64,000 bases of DNA from Thermoplasmatota archaeon (lineage in GTDB: Archaea > Thermoplasmatota > Penumbrarchaeia > Penumbrarchaeales > Penumbrarchaeaceae): positions 32,001 to 96,000 of the forward strand of contig JARVGK010000007.1 in NCBI GenBank assembly GCA_029762535.1. Reading direction: 5' to 3'. A program made the translations under genes and the position numbers. The notes under the pieces are model-generated. The model worked only from the letters and a program-made list of their open reading frames with translations. It did no database searches and had not been told where the DNA came from. Shown here one piece after another: positions 29,626 through 38,976 of the stretch (position 1 is the stretch's first letter; each line of letters begins with the position of its first letter).

Positions 29626-31029
29626 CTAGAACACGGCTATGGAGAATAGAAGGACCACGACCAGGGCGAGAACGAGCGAGTGTACCAGTCCGTAGCGGAT
29701 CTTGCCCTCGGTTATCTTCCCTATTATCGTTCCAGATCCGATCCCCATTATGATCGCCAGATGGAAGAAGCGCCTCTTCAGCGTCAGAAGCCCCATCTTG
29801 ACGACAGATGCGCCCCCTTCCGACCCTTCGAGTCCCTGGAAGCCGAAGACCATGGACATGTCCAGATTCTCGAACTTGGGATAGACGTCCATAAGCATGT
29901 ATATGACCGTGAGGAGAACGCCCAAGGCCATGTATATTATAGTTATCTGAATGGTCATCTGCCTCCTTCTCTCGGCCTTGACCTTCACGAAATCGTCCAG
30001 ATCCCTCGCAGCCCTGTGCACGACGACGGCTATGTTGCCCCCTATCTTCGTTGATTCGGCGATGAGCGTCGTGTACCTCTTCACCACCCTGCTGTTCGAG
30101 GGAGCGGCCACGATGTCCAGGGCCTCTTCGAACGCCCGCCCCGCCATGATGTTCTTCGAGGCGATCCTGAGGTATTTTGACATGACGCTCGAGTCGGTCT
30201 TCGCTATCTCGACTATCGCCCTGGCCGGGTCTATGCCGCCTCTCATTCCGTCCGCGATCCCGAACAGGAGCTGGGCGAACGCCGCCTCGTACCTGTTTAT
30301 CCTCTTGAGCTCCCTCTGCGAGTCGATCGCGTACGGGGTCGTTCCGATGAAGAAACCGATTATCAGAACGATCTCGATCCCGAACCTTCCCAGGTCCGGA
30401 TGGTCGTGGACGTAGAATAGTCCCAGTATGGTGAAGGTGATGGCGGTGAGGATCGGTACGTAGAGTATTAGATACTTCTGCTGCACCGGATGCGTTATGA
30501 GGAACTTCTTGAGCCTGAATCTCCTCTTGGCCCTCAGATAGATATAACCGGATATGGCCAGTACCGCGAGGATGGCGAATATCACGCTGATGAAAACGAG
30601 GACCTGCATCGAGGAGGGGAGGGTGAGTTCGAACCCGGGCTCCGGTTCGTCGCTGACGATGAAGACCGAATCGACCATCGCCTCGTTCCCCGCGTTGTCC
30701 CTGATGATGAAGGTGAGATTGTGCGGGCCGCTCGATAGGGTGTATATAGTGTCTATCTTGACCGTCATGTCGGTCTCGTTCACTATGAGGTCGAAGTAGG
30801 CGGAGACGTCGAAATCGTCGATGTAAAGAACCGCGCTTCCCGTGTCAATGCCCGAATAATCGGTGTACTTTATCTGTATCACCGGGTTGGGATCGTATAT
30901 GGTCTGGTTCGCCGCGGGATAGACCAGGGTGACGATCGGCGGATCCGTGTCCTCTGCTGATGCATAGGACATGATGAGGACCAGGGGCAACAGGAGAAGG
31001 ACCGCTGCGGGGAACGTGAACGATCTCAT
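29626..31029 (-). CDS. Type IV pilus platform protein (FlaJ/TadC, T2SS-F) with N-terminal signal peptide and Ig-like domain
   Basis: Signal peptide ...ASA|EDTDPP, Ig-like domain ending GPHNLTFIIRDNAGN, then TM helices and T2SS-F domain (QLLFGIADGMRGG, IGGN, GKIRYGLVH). Confidence 0.85.
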   Translation of the reverse strand: MRSFTFPAAVLLLLPLVLIMSYASAEDTDPPIVTLVYPAANQTIYDPNPVIQIKYTDYSGIDTGSAVLYIDDFDVSAYFDLIVNETDMTVKIDTIYTLSSGPHNLTFIIRDNAGNEAMVDSVFIVSDEPEPGFELTLPSSMQVLVFISVIFAILAVLAISGYIYLRAKRRFRLKKFLITHPVQQKYLILYVPILTAITFTILGLFYVHDHPDLGRFGIEIVLIIGFFIGTTPYAIDSQRELKRINRYEAAFAQLLFGIADGMRGGIDPARAIVEIAKTDSSVMSKYLRIASKNIMAGRAFEEALDIVAAPSNSRVVKRYTTLIAESTKIGGNIAVVVHRAARDLDDFVKVKAERRRQMTIQITIIYMALGVLLTVIYMLMDVYPKFENLDMSMVFGFQGLEGSEGGASVVKMGLLTLKRRFFHLAIIMGIGSGTIIGKITEGKIRYGLVHSLVLALVVVLLFSIAVF

Positions 31030-31938
31030 TCAATCCACCTTTGCATAGGATGCCGATATGAACAGGTTCATGGCGATCACGGAGAAGGGGATCAGGAAAT
31101 ATGTCATGATTATGAGAAGGGTGCTCGCGTCTATCCCGTTGAACGTCGATGCCAGCGTCTCCATGAGGAACGCCGCCACCCCGGCGAACAATATTCCCAT
31201 CAGCACCAGGCTGGTATAGATCTCCATCAGGGTGCCGAGGCCCTCTATGAACTCCTTCTGTATGTCCCTCTTGAGTTTGAGGCTCGCATCGGCCTTGTTC
31301 CTGAGATACGTGTCCATGTCGCCGCCCTCGTGTATCATGTTCGAGAAGTCCCAGAGCATCTCCCTGAGATGCTGGGAGGGAGTCTCCTTGGCCGTCTCGC
31401 TTATGGCGGTGATTATGTCCTTCCCCTCCACGTCCAGGTGGTATATTATCTTCCTGAACTCCCTGGACATGTACTTCGAGTCCTTTCTCTGGGAGATCTT
31501 CCTCATTATCTGAACCGGGGAGAGGCCGGTGGATGCCAGGATGGAGAGCTCGCTCATGGTGAAGGGCAGCTCCTTGTCTATCTCCGACTTCTTCTTGGAT
31601 ATCCTCGAGGAGATGATAAGGGGATAGGAGAATATCGTGACGAGAAGGGAGACGGCAAAGAGCGAGGCCGTGAACAAGGGCCAGCCTTCCACGTTGAACA
31701 TCACCCTGAAGACGAGTATGGATATGATAAGGACCGCCGCGGCCGAGAACAGCGTGGCGTATAACATCATGGAGAGGTACATCCCCGGGGACATGTTCAC
31801 GTCCCCCTTGGACAGCCTGAGCTTGAGCCGGTTCATGTCGTATTTTAGATCCAATGTGCGACCAAGGGACTGATAGGAGAAACGCTTGTACCTCTCCAGG
31901 AACCCCTCCCAGGCGGAGGGGTCATCCTTTCTTGACAT
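31030..31938 (-). CDS. Type IV pilus platform protein (FlaJ/TadB/TadC, T2SS-F)
   Basis: IDKELPF...LASTGLSP, GKDIITAI...TPS, HEGGDM.TYL. Confidence 0.88.
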   Translation of the reverse strand: MSRKDDPSAWEGFLERYKRFSYQSLGRTLDLKYDMNRLKLRLSKGDVNMSPGMYLSMMLYATLFSAAAVLIISILVFRVMFNVEGWPLFTASLFAVSLLVTIFSYPLIISSRISKKKSEIDKELPFTMSELSILASTGLSPVQIMRKISQRKDSKYMSREFRKIIYHLDVEGKDIITAISETAKETPSQHLREMLWDFSNMIHEGGDMDTYLRNKADASLKLKRDIQKEFIEGLGTLMEIYTSLVLMGILFAGVAAFLMETLASTFNGIDASTLLIIMTYFLIPFSVIAMNLFISASYAKVD

Positions 31939-33673
31939 CGATGGCCCCCATCGATTCGAGGTTGACCATGGCCTTCGTGGGGTCCATGTAGAATTCGTTT
32001 ATCGCCCTGCTCACGTCCTTGTAATACGTCAGGTTCTTCTGGTCCATCAGCTTGAGGTATTTCTCCTTGCGGTATATCTCGTCCATTATGGACTGGAGCG
32101 TCTTTCCGGTCGATCTCGCTATGTCCTCTATCAGGAAGCTCCTCCCCGTGAACTTGAACGCATCGTTCGTGGGATCCCACGTGAAGGGGGCGTTCGTCAG
32201 AAGGTTCTTTGAGGATGGCTCGATGTCCAGGACCTCCGTCACGCCCTTGACGCGCCTGACCCTCCTGCCCCTGTACACGACCTGCCCCTGGAAAACGACG
32301 GCGTCGAGCGACATGAACAGGGACCTGGGTATGTCCATCGGGGGGTTCTCCACCCTGTGTATCAGCTCGTCGATGGAGCCGGCGTGTATCGTCGCCATCG
32401 CGGCGTGCCCGACGGCTATGGCCTGGAACAGGGTGAACGCCTCCTTGCCCCTGACCTCCCCCACTATCACGTATTCCGGTCTCTGTCTCAGGGCCGCTAC
32501 CAGCAGGTCGAACATCGATATGCTCCCCGAGGACCCTCCCGAGGCGCTGACCCCGAACCCCCCCCTTGATACGGACTGTATCCAGTTGGTGTGGTCGATG
32601 TGGATCTCGGGGGTGTCCTCTATGGAGACCACCTTGTCCTCCGGCTTCACGAACATGCACAGCGCGTTCATGAGCGTGGTCTTGCCCGAGGCCGTGCCTC
32701 CGGAGATGAGAAGCGACCTCTTATACTCGATTATCGTCCAGAAGTAGGCGAGCTGGAAGGCGGAGATCGATCCGAACCTCATGAGGTCCACAGGTGAGAT
32801 GGGATCGTGGGAGAACTTCCTTATCGTGAAGGTGGAACCTTTTCTCGTGACCTCGGAGCCCAGCGTCAGGTTGATCCTCGAGCCGTCGGTGAGGGTGGCG
32901 TCGAGTATGGGCTGATAGACGGAGACGTGCTTTCCGGCGACCTGGGCGAGTTTTACGACATAGCGGTTCAGCTCCACATCGGAGGGGAATTGTATGTTGG
33001 TCTTCATTGACCCCATCCCCCTGTGGAATATGTAGATGGGGATGTTGGGTCCGTTGCAGGATATGTCCTCTATGAACGGGTCCTTGATGAGGGCGTCCGC
33101 CCTCCCCCAGCCGATGAGGTCCCTCTGGAGGTAGTAGAAGAGGACGCGCCTCCTCTTCTCGTCAAGGTCTATGTTGTAGAGGTCCAGAACTGACTGGTAG
33201 AGGCCGAGTATGTAGTTCCTGAGCTGGTCGGAGCGTCCGTACTCGGAACCCTCGGAGATCGGGAGCTCGTCCTGGTCCATTGCGACCTCCATCTTCGACT
33301 TTATGCTCTGGATGAGGTCCTCCTCGCCCTCTTTGAGCCTGGGCTCCTTTATGAGGTACTTCATCTCGCCCTCTTTTCTGTCATATGTGATGTTGACGAA
33401 GGAATAAGGAGGGTTCACCGGATAGGTCAGGTTGACCCCGAGCTTCTCCTTGTCCAGTTCCCGCCTCATGAAGTTGAGCTCGCGCTGGATGATTATCTTC
33501 TCGGAGATCTCGCCTTTCTTCCTCAGCTGGGATTCGATCTCGCGGGCGCGCTTTCGAAGCTTTTCCCGGAACTCGGGATCCTCCATCCTGTCGTCCGTGA
33601 GCTTCTCCTTCTTCATGAAGGGCAGGTCCGCCGATGCGGTCCATTTTACAATTCTATCCATTAATCCTGTCAA
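31922..33673 (-). CDS. Type II/IV secretion ATPase (FlaI/VirB11 family)
   Basis: DPFIEDISCNG, DGSRIN, FTIRKF, GGTASGKTT, IEDTPE, ALRQRPEYVIVGEVRG, GHAAMATIHA. Confidence 0.95.
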   Translation of the reverse strand: MTGLMDRIVKWTASADLPFMKKEKLTDDRMEDPEFREKLRKRAREIESQLRKKGEISEKIIIQRELNFMRRELDKEKLGVNLTYPVNPPYSFVNITYDRKEGEMKYLIKEPRLKEGEEDLIQSIKSKMEVAMDQDELPISEGSEYGRSDQLRNYILGLYQSVLDLYNIDLDEKRRRVLFYYLQRDLIGWGRADALIKDPFIEDISCNGPNIPIYIFHRGMGSMKTNIQFPSDVELNRYVVKLAQVAGKHVSVYQPILDATLTDGSRINLTLGSEVTRKGSTFTIRKFSHDPISPVDLMRFGSISAFQLAYFWTIIEYKRSLLISGGTASGKTTLMNALCMFVKPEDKVVSIEDTPEIHIDHTNWIQSVSRGGFGVSASGGSSGSISMFDLLVAALRQRPEYVIVGEVRGKEAFTLFQAIAVGHAAMATIHAGSIDELIHRVENPPMDIPRSLFMSLDAVVFQGQVVYRGRRVRRVKGVTEVLDIEPSSKNLLTNAPFTWDPTNDAFKFTGRSFLIEDIARSTGKTLQSIMDEIYRKEKYLKLMDQKNLTYYKDVSRAINEFYMDPTKAMVNLESMGAIDVKKG

Positions 33674-33874
33674 GGCGCCTTGGCTACTCTTATTACGATA
33701 TTAATTACTGTTTCACGTAAAGGACATACAATATATAGGGATACGGAGGGGATCTTTCCCCAATGGAGAGGAAGTTGGGATCGGTAAGACAAGACAACTA
33801 TTTGGAGAACGCCTATATGCCCTTCTTTGGGTCAGGGAAATGGGTCCCGAAGGGGATCCAAGTAGGTGAAAGAA

Positions 33875-35014
33875 ATGAAGCACATGAAAAACGACAAGGC
33901 AGGGGTCTCCCCGGTCATTGCCACGTTGATATTGGTGCTCATCGCCGTAGCGGCGGGAGTTGCCTTTTTCGCATGGCAGTCTGGCTGGCAGGAAGACGCC
34001 ACAGGTAACATAAGCAATGCGAACGCACAGACGGAGATAACCATCGGTGGATCCTCCACCGTCTATCCTTTCACGGCAGTTGCGGCTGAGGCTTTCATGG
34101 AAGCCAACCCCACCGTGAAGATCTCCTACCAGTCCGGTGGATCCGGTGCAGGAACCGCTGGCGTCAGGGAGGGTGTCATCGATATCGGTGCCGCCTCCTC
34201 CGACAGGACCCAGGCCAAGCACTTCCCCGACCACCCCGACGTGGTCATCACCGCCGTCGGCTATGACGCCGTCGGTGTCGTCGTCGATGATGGCAACACC
34301 AGGATAAACGATATCAACGCAACCGTCGCAATCGAGATCTTCACAATGGTCATCACCGACTGGAACCAGGTCCCTGTTGCATCTGGCGCGTCCGGAACTG
34401 GCACAACTGGTGCAGCTGGTTCTGAGACCACTGTAACAGTCTCCACCGGAACCCTTGCAATTGGCAGGTACAGGATGTGGTCTGCAACAACTCTCGTGAG
34501 GACTGTCGATGTTATAGCTGCAAATACGCTCCCCTCAGATCTCTTCGGAGCATCCGCATCCATCTCCTGGCAGGTTATCACCTCCGCTACCTCCGCTCCT
34601 ATCGAAGTCTACGACAGGGCTGACAAGTCCGGAACCGAGGAGTGCTTCAACGAGAAGCTCCTCGGCCTCGATGGATCCTCCATCCCCGAAGGTGATCAGA
34701 CCGGTGTCGCAGGCAATCAGGAAATGCTCGACCTCTTCGAGGCTGGCGCACCCAACGCTATCGGATTCATCTCCACCGGTGTCGCCACCTCCGATGTGAA
34801 GCTCGTCACCCTCGACGGCGTCGCCGCCACCGAGGAGAACATCGCTGACGGGTCCTACACCGCCCAGAGGCCCCTGAACTATATGTACATCCCCTCCCAG
34901 CTCGGCGGAAAGCTCGCCATCGTTGAGGCGTACATAGACTTCTGCATGTCCCCCAAGAACAATATTGACTTCGCCCACTCCGTGGACTACCTCTCCTGGT
35001 ATGACCTCGAGTAA
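33875..35014 (+). CDS. Pilin-PstS fusion: phosphate-binding protein with archaeal class III (pilin) signal peptide
   Basis: MKHMKNDKAG|VSPVIATLILVLIAVAAG followed by PstS motifs GGSSTVYP, GGSGAG, DIGAASS, DRADKSGT, YTAQRPLNY; AGGTGA RBS. Confidence 0.9.
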   Translation: MKHMKNDKAGVSPVIATLILVLIAVAAGVAFFAWQSGWQEDATGNISNANAQTEITIGGSSTVYPFTAVAAEAFMEANPTVKISYQSGGSGAGTAGVREGVIDIGAASSDRTQAKHFPDHPDVVITAVGYDAVGVVVDDGNTRINDINATVAIEIFTMVITDWNQVPVASGASGTGTTGAAGSETTVTVSTGTLAIGRYRMWSATTLVRTVDVIAANTLPSDLFGASASISWQVITSATSAPIEVYDRADKSGTEECFNEKLLGLDGSSIPEGDQTGVAGNQEMLDLFEAGAPNAIGFISTGVATSDVKLVTLDGVAATEENIADGSYTAQRPLNYMYIPSQLGGKLAIVEAYIDFCMSPKNNIDFAHSVDYLSWYDLE

Positions 35015-35047
35015 TCGGGTTGATGGCAAAATATCAAATAACATCTC

Positions 35048-35095
35048 GGAGGGTTTTTTATTAAACCCTCCTTTTTTTTTATTTTCTTTCTTTTT
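35048..35095 (+). terminator. Hairpin + long T-tract between pilin-pstS and pstCA2
   Basis: GGAGGGTTT-tttatt-AAACCCTCC (perfect 9-bp stem) followed by T9 and further T runs. Confidence 0.75.
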
Positions 35096-35127
35096 GAAAT
35101 GTTTCGTCTCTAGGATAGGGTAGTAAA

Positions 35128-38100
35128 ATGGATCTCAAGGTTCCGAATTGGGCTGTTGCGATAGTTCAGGCATTGATATTCGTCATAATCTTCTTCCCCG
35201 CCCTCTTCGCATTGGACTCATTCTATCTACAATTGCCTTTCTTCATCCTGGAATTGATCATGATCTTCATCGTTCTCACCAAGAAGGATATGAGATTCTT
35301 TTACATGTTCTGGCAGTTCCAGATATATCTCCTCATTCTATTCAAGGTGATATTCGATTACAATACAACGTTCAAGACGATCGATTCTGAACCATTGGCG
35401 ATCATTGTCATCTCGTTCTTCATAACATTCCTGGAAGCATTGATCCTTGTGGGATTCATCCTTCGGGAAAAGGGCGTTAAGCCCATACTTGTGACACTGT
35501 CCTCAACGACCAGCATCGTTGTGCTGCTCATTATCATTTTTATTTTCAAGGAAGGTCTCCCGGCTTTTTCGGAGAACGATCCTATCGAGTTCTTGACAGG
35601 AAATAGCTGGACGGCAGATTATGAACCATCCTTGGAAGATACGATCCTGATCGAGGTCGTTGTTTCGGATTACGATCACGAAATATCGATACCGGATGAT
35701 AGGCTGTATCTCGCAATAGATGAGAACCATACTGTTCCCATCGATCTGAAGAACACCGGATCGAAGGATGATACCTATCTGTTAAGTTTGGAATATCCCT
35801 CCGGTCTATCGGTTCAGGATCATCAAAGAACTGTTTTTTTAAGATCTGGATCGGATCATACTTTCGATATCGATCTTTCTTCAAATATTTCCATGGACTT
35901 GGATCTGAGGATCATTGTGGGATCCATGAATGGAAGTATATCAAAGGAAAGGACAATAGACCTGGCTTTCGGAGACGTTGGGATCGATGCGGGGCCGGAG
36001 TACTTCCATTATCTGAATTCGGAGATGAATGTCCCTCGCACTCCTTTTTGGGTGAAGAATACCGGGAACGTAGTTGAGACCTATTCCGTGACATTGACCT
36101 TCGATGAAGAGATCATCAAACCTTTTGTGACCGGGACCGACAATGATTGGGACCACGATAACGATACAGTTGACATCACCCTGGACCCCATGGAAACCGT
36201 TTCCTTCAACGTGATAACAAGGATCCTGAACCTTCGCCCGTTCAGGTCTACAATAACGATCGATGTCGTGTCAAGGACGGATCCCGGCATATATGACAGC
36301 ATAGTGATCGACTTCGAGTATCGGGACAGGAGCTATTTCGATCACGATCAAACTTCTTTCGTCGTATCCAAAGGCTCCGATGTCATCATCCCGGTCTTCG
36401 TCAATATCACAAACCCGGCAAATTCCAATTTCTTCATACTGGTTGAAGATGGGAACGGGCCCCTGGAGACCTTCAGCCTATCGTATGATTCCGTAAATAT
36501 CGATGAAATCGATGAAAAGGTTCCGATCAACCTATCATCGGGTATGAAGACCCTTCTATTGACCGTCAGGTCCAATTCGAATATCGGAGGATCGGAGAAT
36601 ATCACCCTTAATATCACATTGGAGAGGGAAGGGACCTATCCTTCCTTCGGCATCGGCCCGATGATCGTCGGCACGTTCATCACCGTCCTTGTCGCATTGA
36701 TCATAGCCGTTCCATTAGGACTGGGTACGGCGATCTTTTTGGCGGAATACTGCCCCAAGAAACTGCACATCTTCCTGCGTCCTATGTTCGAACTTTTGGC
36801 CGGGATCCCTTCGATAGTTTACGGCCTCTGGGGATATTTCACATTGGTACCCTTCTTCAGGGACAACATATACGGCCCGGTGAGTGGATCTTTGGGATTG
36901 GCGATCCCCTTCCTAAGGATCACACCGGAGACCCCCAGTTCCGAGGGGACCGTGATCGTTGCCGGTTTCGTCCTATCAATTATGATACTTCCGATCATCA
37001 TAACCCTTTCCGAAGATTCTATACGAGCCGTTGCCAGGAGCCTGAAGGAGGGATCGCTCTCATTGGCCACGACTAAATGGCAGACGATAAGAGGCGTGGT
37101 CCTGAAAAGAGCGAAAAGCGGGATCATATCCTCTATCATTTTGGCCATGGGAAGGGCCATAGGCGAGACCATGGCTGTTATAATGATACTCAGGATAGCG
37201 ACGAATTATCCGAGTTCGCTCTTCGAACGGGCAGGGTCAATGACCGCGGTCATCGCCGGGACCTTCGGATGGGCATTCGATCTCGATCTTTCAAGACATG
37301 CCGTCTTTGGGGTTGCGATCGTGCTGTTCATGATCGTCTTCGTTCTTAACCTGATAGTCTTCAGGATACAGAACGGTGAGAAGAAGGGAAGTATCGCTTT
37401 CCGGTGGGTAAATCGTATCGTCGAGAAGGCCATCAATTATTGTTTCAGGAAAAAAGAAGACATGAGGACCCTTCCGACCAAGGGACCGGTGTTCGATAAA
37501 AAGAATATGACATCACTTGGCTTTTTACGGTTCCAGGAATACCTGTTCAGGTCATTGTTCGCGCTATCGGCAATAGTGATCTTCATATTCCTCCTGCTTG
37601 TCCTAAGCAATGTTTTCATTACGGGAATATCATCGATGAAATTATACTATCTTTTCGAAAAGGAAGTCGCGGGAGGATTGGAGGACGGTGGATTCCTCAA
37701 TGCCATTCTCGGTTCCCTTCAGCTGACGTTCTTGGCATTATTGATCTCCTCCATATTCTCGTTGGGAGCGGCCATATACATTACACAGTTCAGCAAACAG
37801 AACAATATCCTAACGAGGACCATACTCTTCTCTTCCGATACCCTTGCTGCGACGCCTTCGATCGTATTCGGGGCATTTGGGTTCATTTTCTTCTCCATCG
37901 AGCTCAAACTAGGCCTGTCGATGTTGTCGGCAGCGCTTACTCTGTCAATAATGGTGATCCCCCTCCTTTTAAGAAGTTCGATAGAAGCTCTCAACAGCAT
38001 ACCCAGAGAGCTTGGGGATGGTTCCCTGGCATTGGGAGCGAGTAAATGGCAGACGGTGTGGAACGTGATATTGCCGCCGGCATTGGGGGGAATATCAAGT

Positions 38101-38373
38101 GGCGTTATCCTTTCCATCGGCAGGGCCATCGGAGAGACGGCGGCCATCCTTTTCACGGCAGGTTATGCCCTGACCATAAACAACTCCATAATGTCATCGG
38201 TTGCGACCATGCCGAATATGATCTACAATTACTATGGTCTCAGCTCCCACAATCCCGCCCTTCAGGATAAATTATATTCATGTGCCCTTGTCTTGATCGT
38301 CCTGGTATTGATCCTGAACTCCATCGCCCGTTTATCACAGATAAGAACGAACAAATTGAAGGGGAATTATTAG
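35128..38373 (+). CDS. Giant PstC-PstA fusion permease with extra N-terminal TMs and ~340-aa extracellular Ig-like insertion
   Basis: LAGIPSIVYG...GRAIGETM (PstC) and LAATPSIVFG...GRAIGETA (PstA); insert with LKNTGSKDDTY and VKNTGNVVETY motifs (CARDB/NEW3-like). Confidence 0.88.
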   Translation: MDLKVPNWAVAIVQALIFVIIFFPALFALDSFYLQLPFFILELIMIFIVLTKKDMRFFYMFWQFQIYLLILFKVIFDYNTTFKTIDSEPLAIIVISFFITFLEALILVGFILREKGVKPILVTLSSTTSIVVLLIIIFIFKEGLPAFSENDPIEFLTGNSWTADYEPSLEDTILIEVVVSDYDHEISIPDDRLYLAIDENHTVPIDLKNTGSKDDTYLLSLEYPSGLSVQDHQRTVFLRSGSDHTFDIDLSSNISMDLDLRIIVGSMNGSISKERTIDLAFGDVGIDAGPEYFHYLNSEMNVPRTPFWVKNTGNVVETYSVTLTFDEEIIKPFVTGTDNDWDHDNDTVDITLDPMETVSFNVITRILNLRPFRSTITIDVVSRTDPGIYDSIVIDFEYRDRSYFDHDQTSFVVSKGSDVIIPVFVNITNPANSNFFILVEDGNGPLETFSLSYDSVNIDEIDEKVPINLSSGMKTLLLTVRSNSNIGGSENITLNITLEREGTYPSFGIGPMIVGTFITVLVALIIAVPLGLGTAIFLAEYCPKKLHIFLRPMFELLAGIPSIVYGLWGYFTLVPFFRDNIYGPVSGSLGLAIPFLRITPETPSSEGTVIVAGFVLSIMILPIIITLSEDSIRAVARSLKEGSLSLATTKWQTIRGVVLKRAKSGIISSIILAMGRAIGETMAVIMILRIATNYPSSLFERAGSMTAVIAGTFGWAFDLDLSRHAVFGVAIVLFMIVFVLNLIVFRIQNGEKKGSIAFRWVNRIVEKAINYCFRKKEDMRTLPTKGPVFDKKNMTSLGFLRFQEYLFRSLFALSAIVIFIFLLLVLSNVFITGISSMKLYYLFEKEVAGGLEDGGFLNAILGSLQLTFLALLISSIFSLGAAIYITQFSKQNNILTRTILFSSDTLAATPSIVFGAFGFIFFSIELKLGLSMLSAALTLSIMVIPLLLRSSIEALNSIPRELGDGSLALGASKWQTVWNVILPPALGGISSGVILSIGRAIGETAAILFTAGYALTINNSIMSSVATMPNMIYNYYGLSSHNPALQDKLYSCALVLIVLVLILNSIARLSQIRTNKLKGNY

Positions 38374-38374
38374 T

Positions 38375-38521
38375 TCACTGCTTCGGATAGTCGAAGATCT
38401 CGGGCGCGTCCTCGGCTATCACGTGCACTCTGGGCTTGACCTTCATGCTCATCTCGATCAATCTCTTCGTGGAGAGGACCAACGCCACGAAGATCACCGC
38501 AAAGGAGATCCCCGCTATGAT
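38375..38521 (-). pseudogene. 3' remnant of a paralogue of the 41080-41709 gene (147-bp direct repeat of 41080-41226)
   Basis: 9 mismatches in 147 bp by manual count, 8 of them silent; in-frame stop at 38582-38584 upstream and no start for a full gene. Confidence 0.8.
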
Positions 38522-38976
38522 CGATGACGTTGGGAGAACAGTGATTATATCGCTTTCATTACATAGGGACCTGTACCTCGGTCAGGATCTCCGATCCCGA
38601 TGTCTTGCCGGGATCGTTGCGAAAGGGCTCCCTTGCCTTCCATGCGGGAGGGATGCCCTTCTGCTCGAGATATTTGAACAGCATTCACCACGCCGCTCCT
38701 ACCTGATCGTAGGGGCCTTTGTGGATGGCGGACATCACTTTTTTTGCGGATATCCATTTCACATTCAGTTCCTTTTGCAGGGTCCACATGATTGCAATCT
38801 CGGTCGGACCACCATTCAAACCTAGGTTGCGATCCTTTAACGGACCCTGGAATGAAAGGCCTATTTAGTATGTGATAGGATAACAGATAGTATTATATAC
38901 AGAGCAGTTTTATACGTCTTTCTTGTGAAGTACCCGTAAAAAAGAGACTTAAAACTTAAAAAAGAGGCGGTCTAAA

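Noticed and set aside
29626-33673. Archaellum (motility) operon
   Set aside because: No FlaB-like archaellins, FlaC/D/E, FlaF/G or chemotaxis genes; two TadC-like genes and pilins indicate a pilus/bindosome-type system
38436-38825. 129-aa plus-strand ORF and 80-aa minus-strand ORF
   Set aside because: Antisense to, or decayed continuation of, the gene X remnant; no recognisable product
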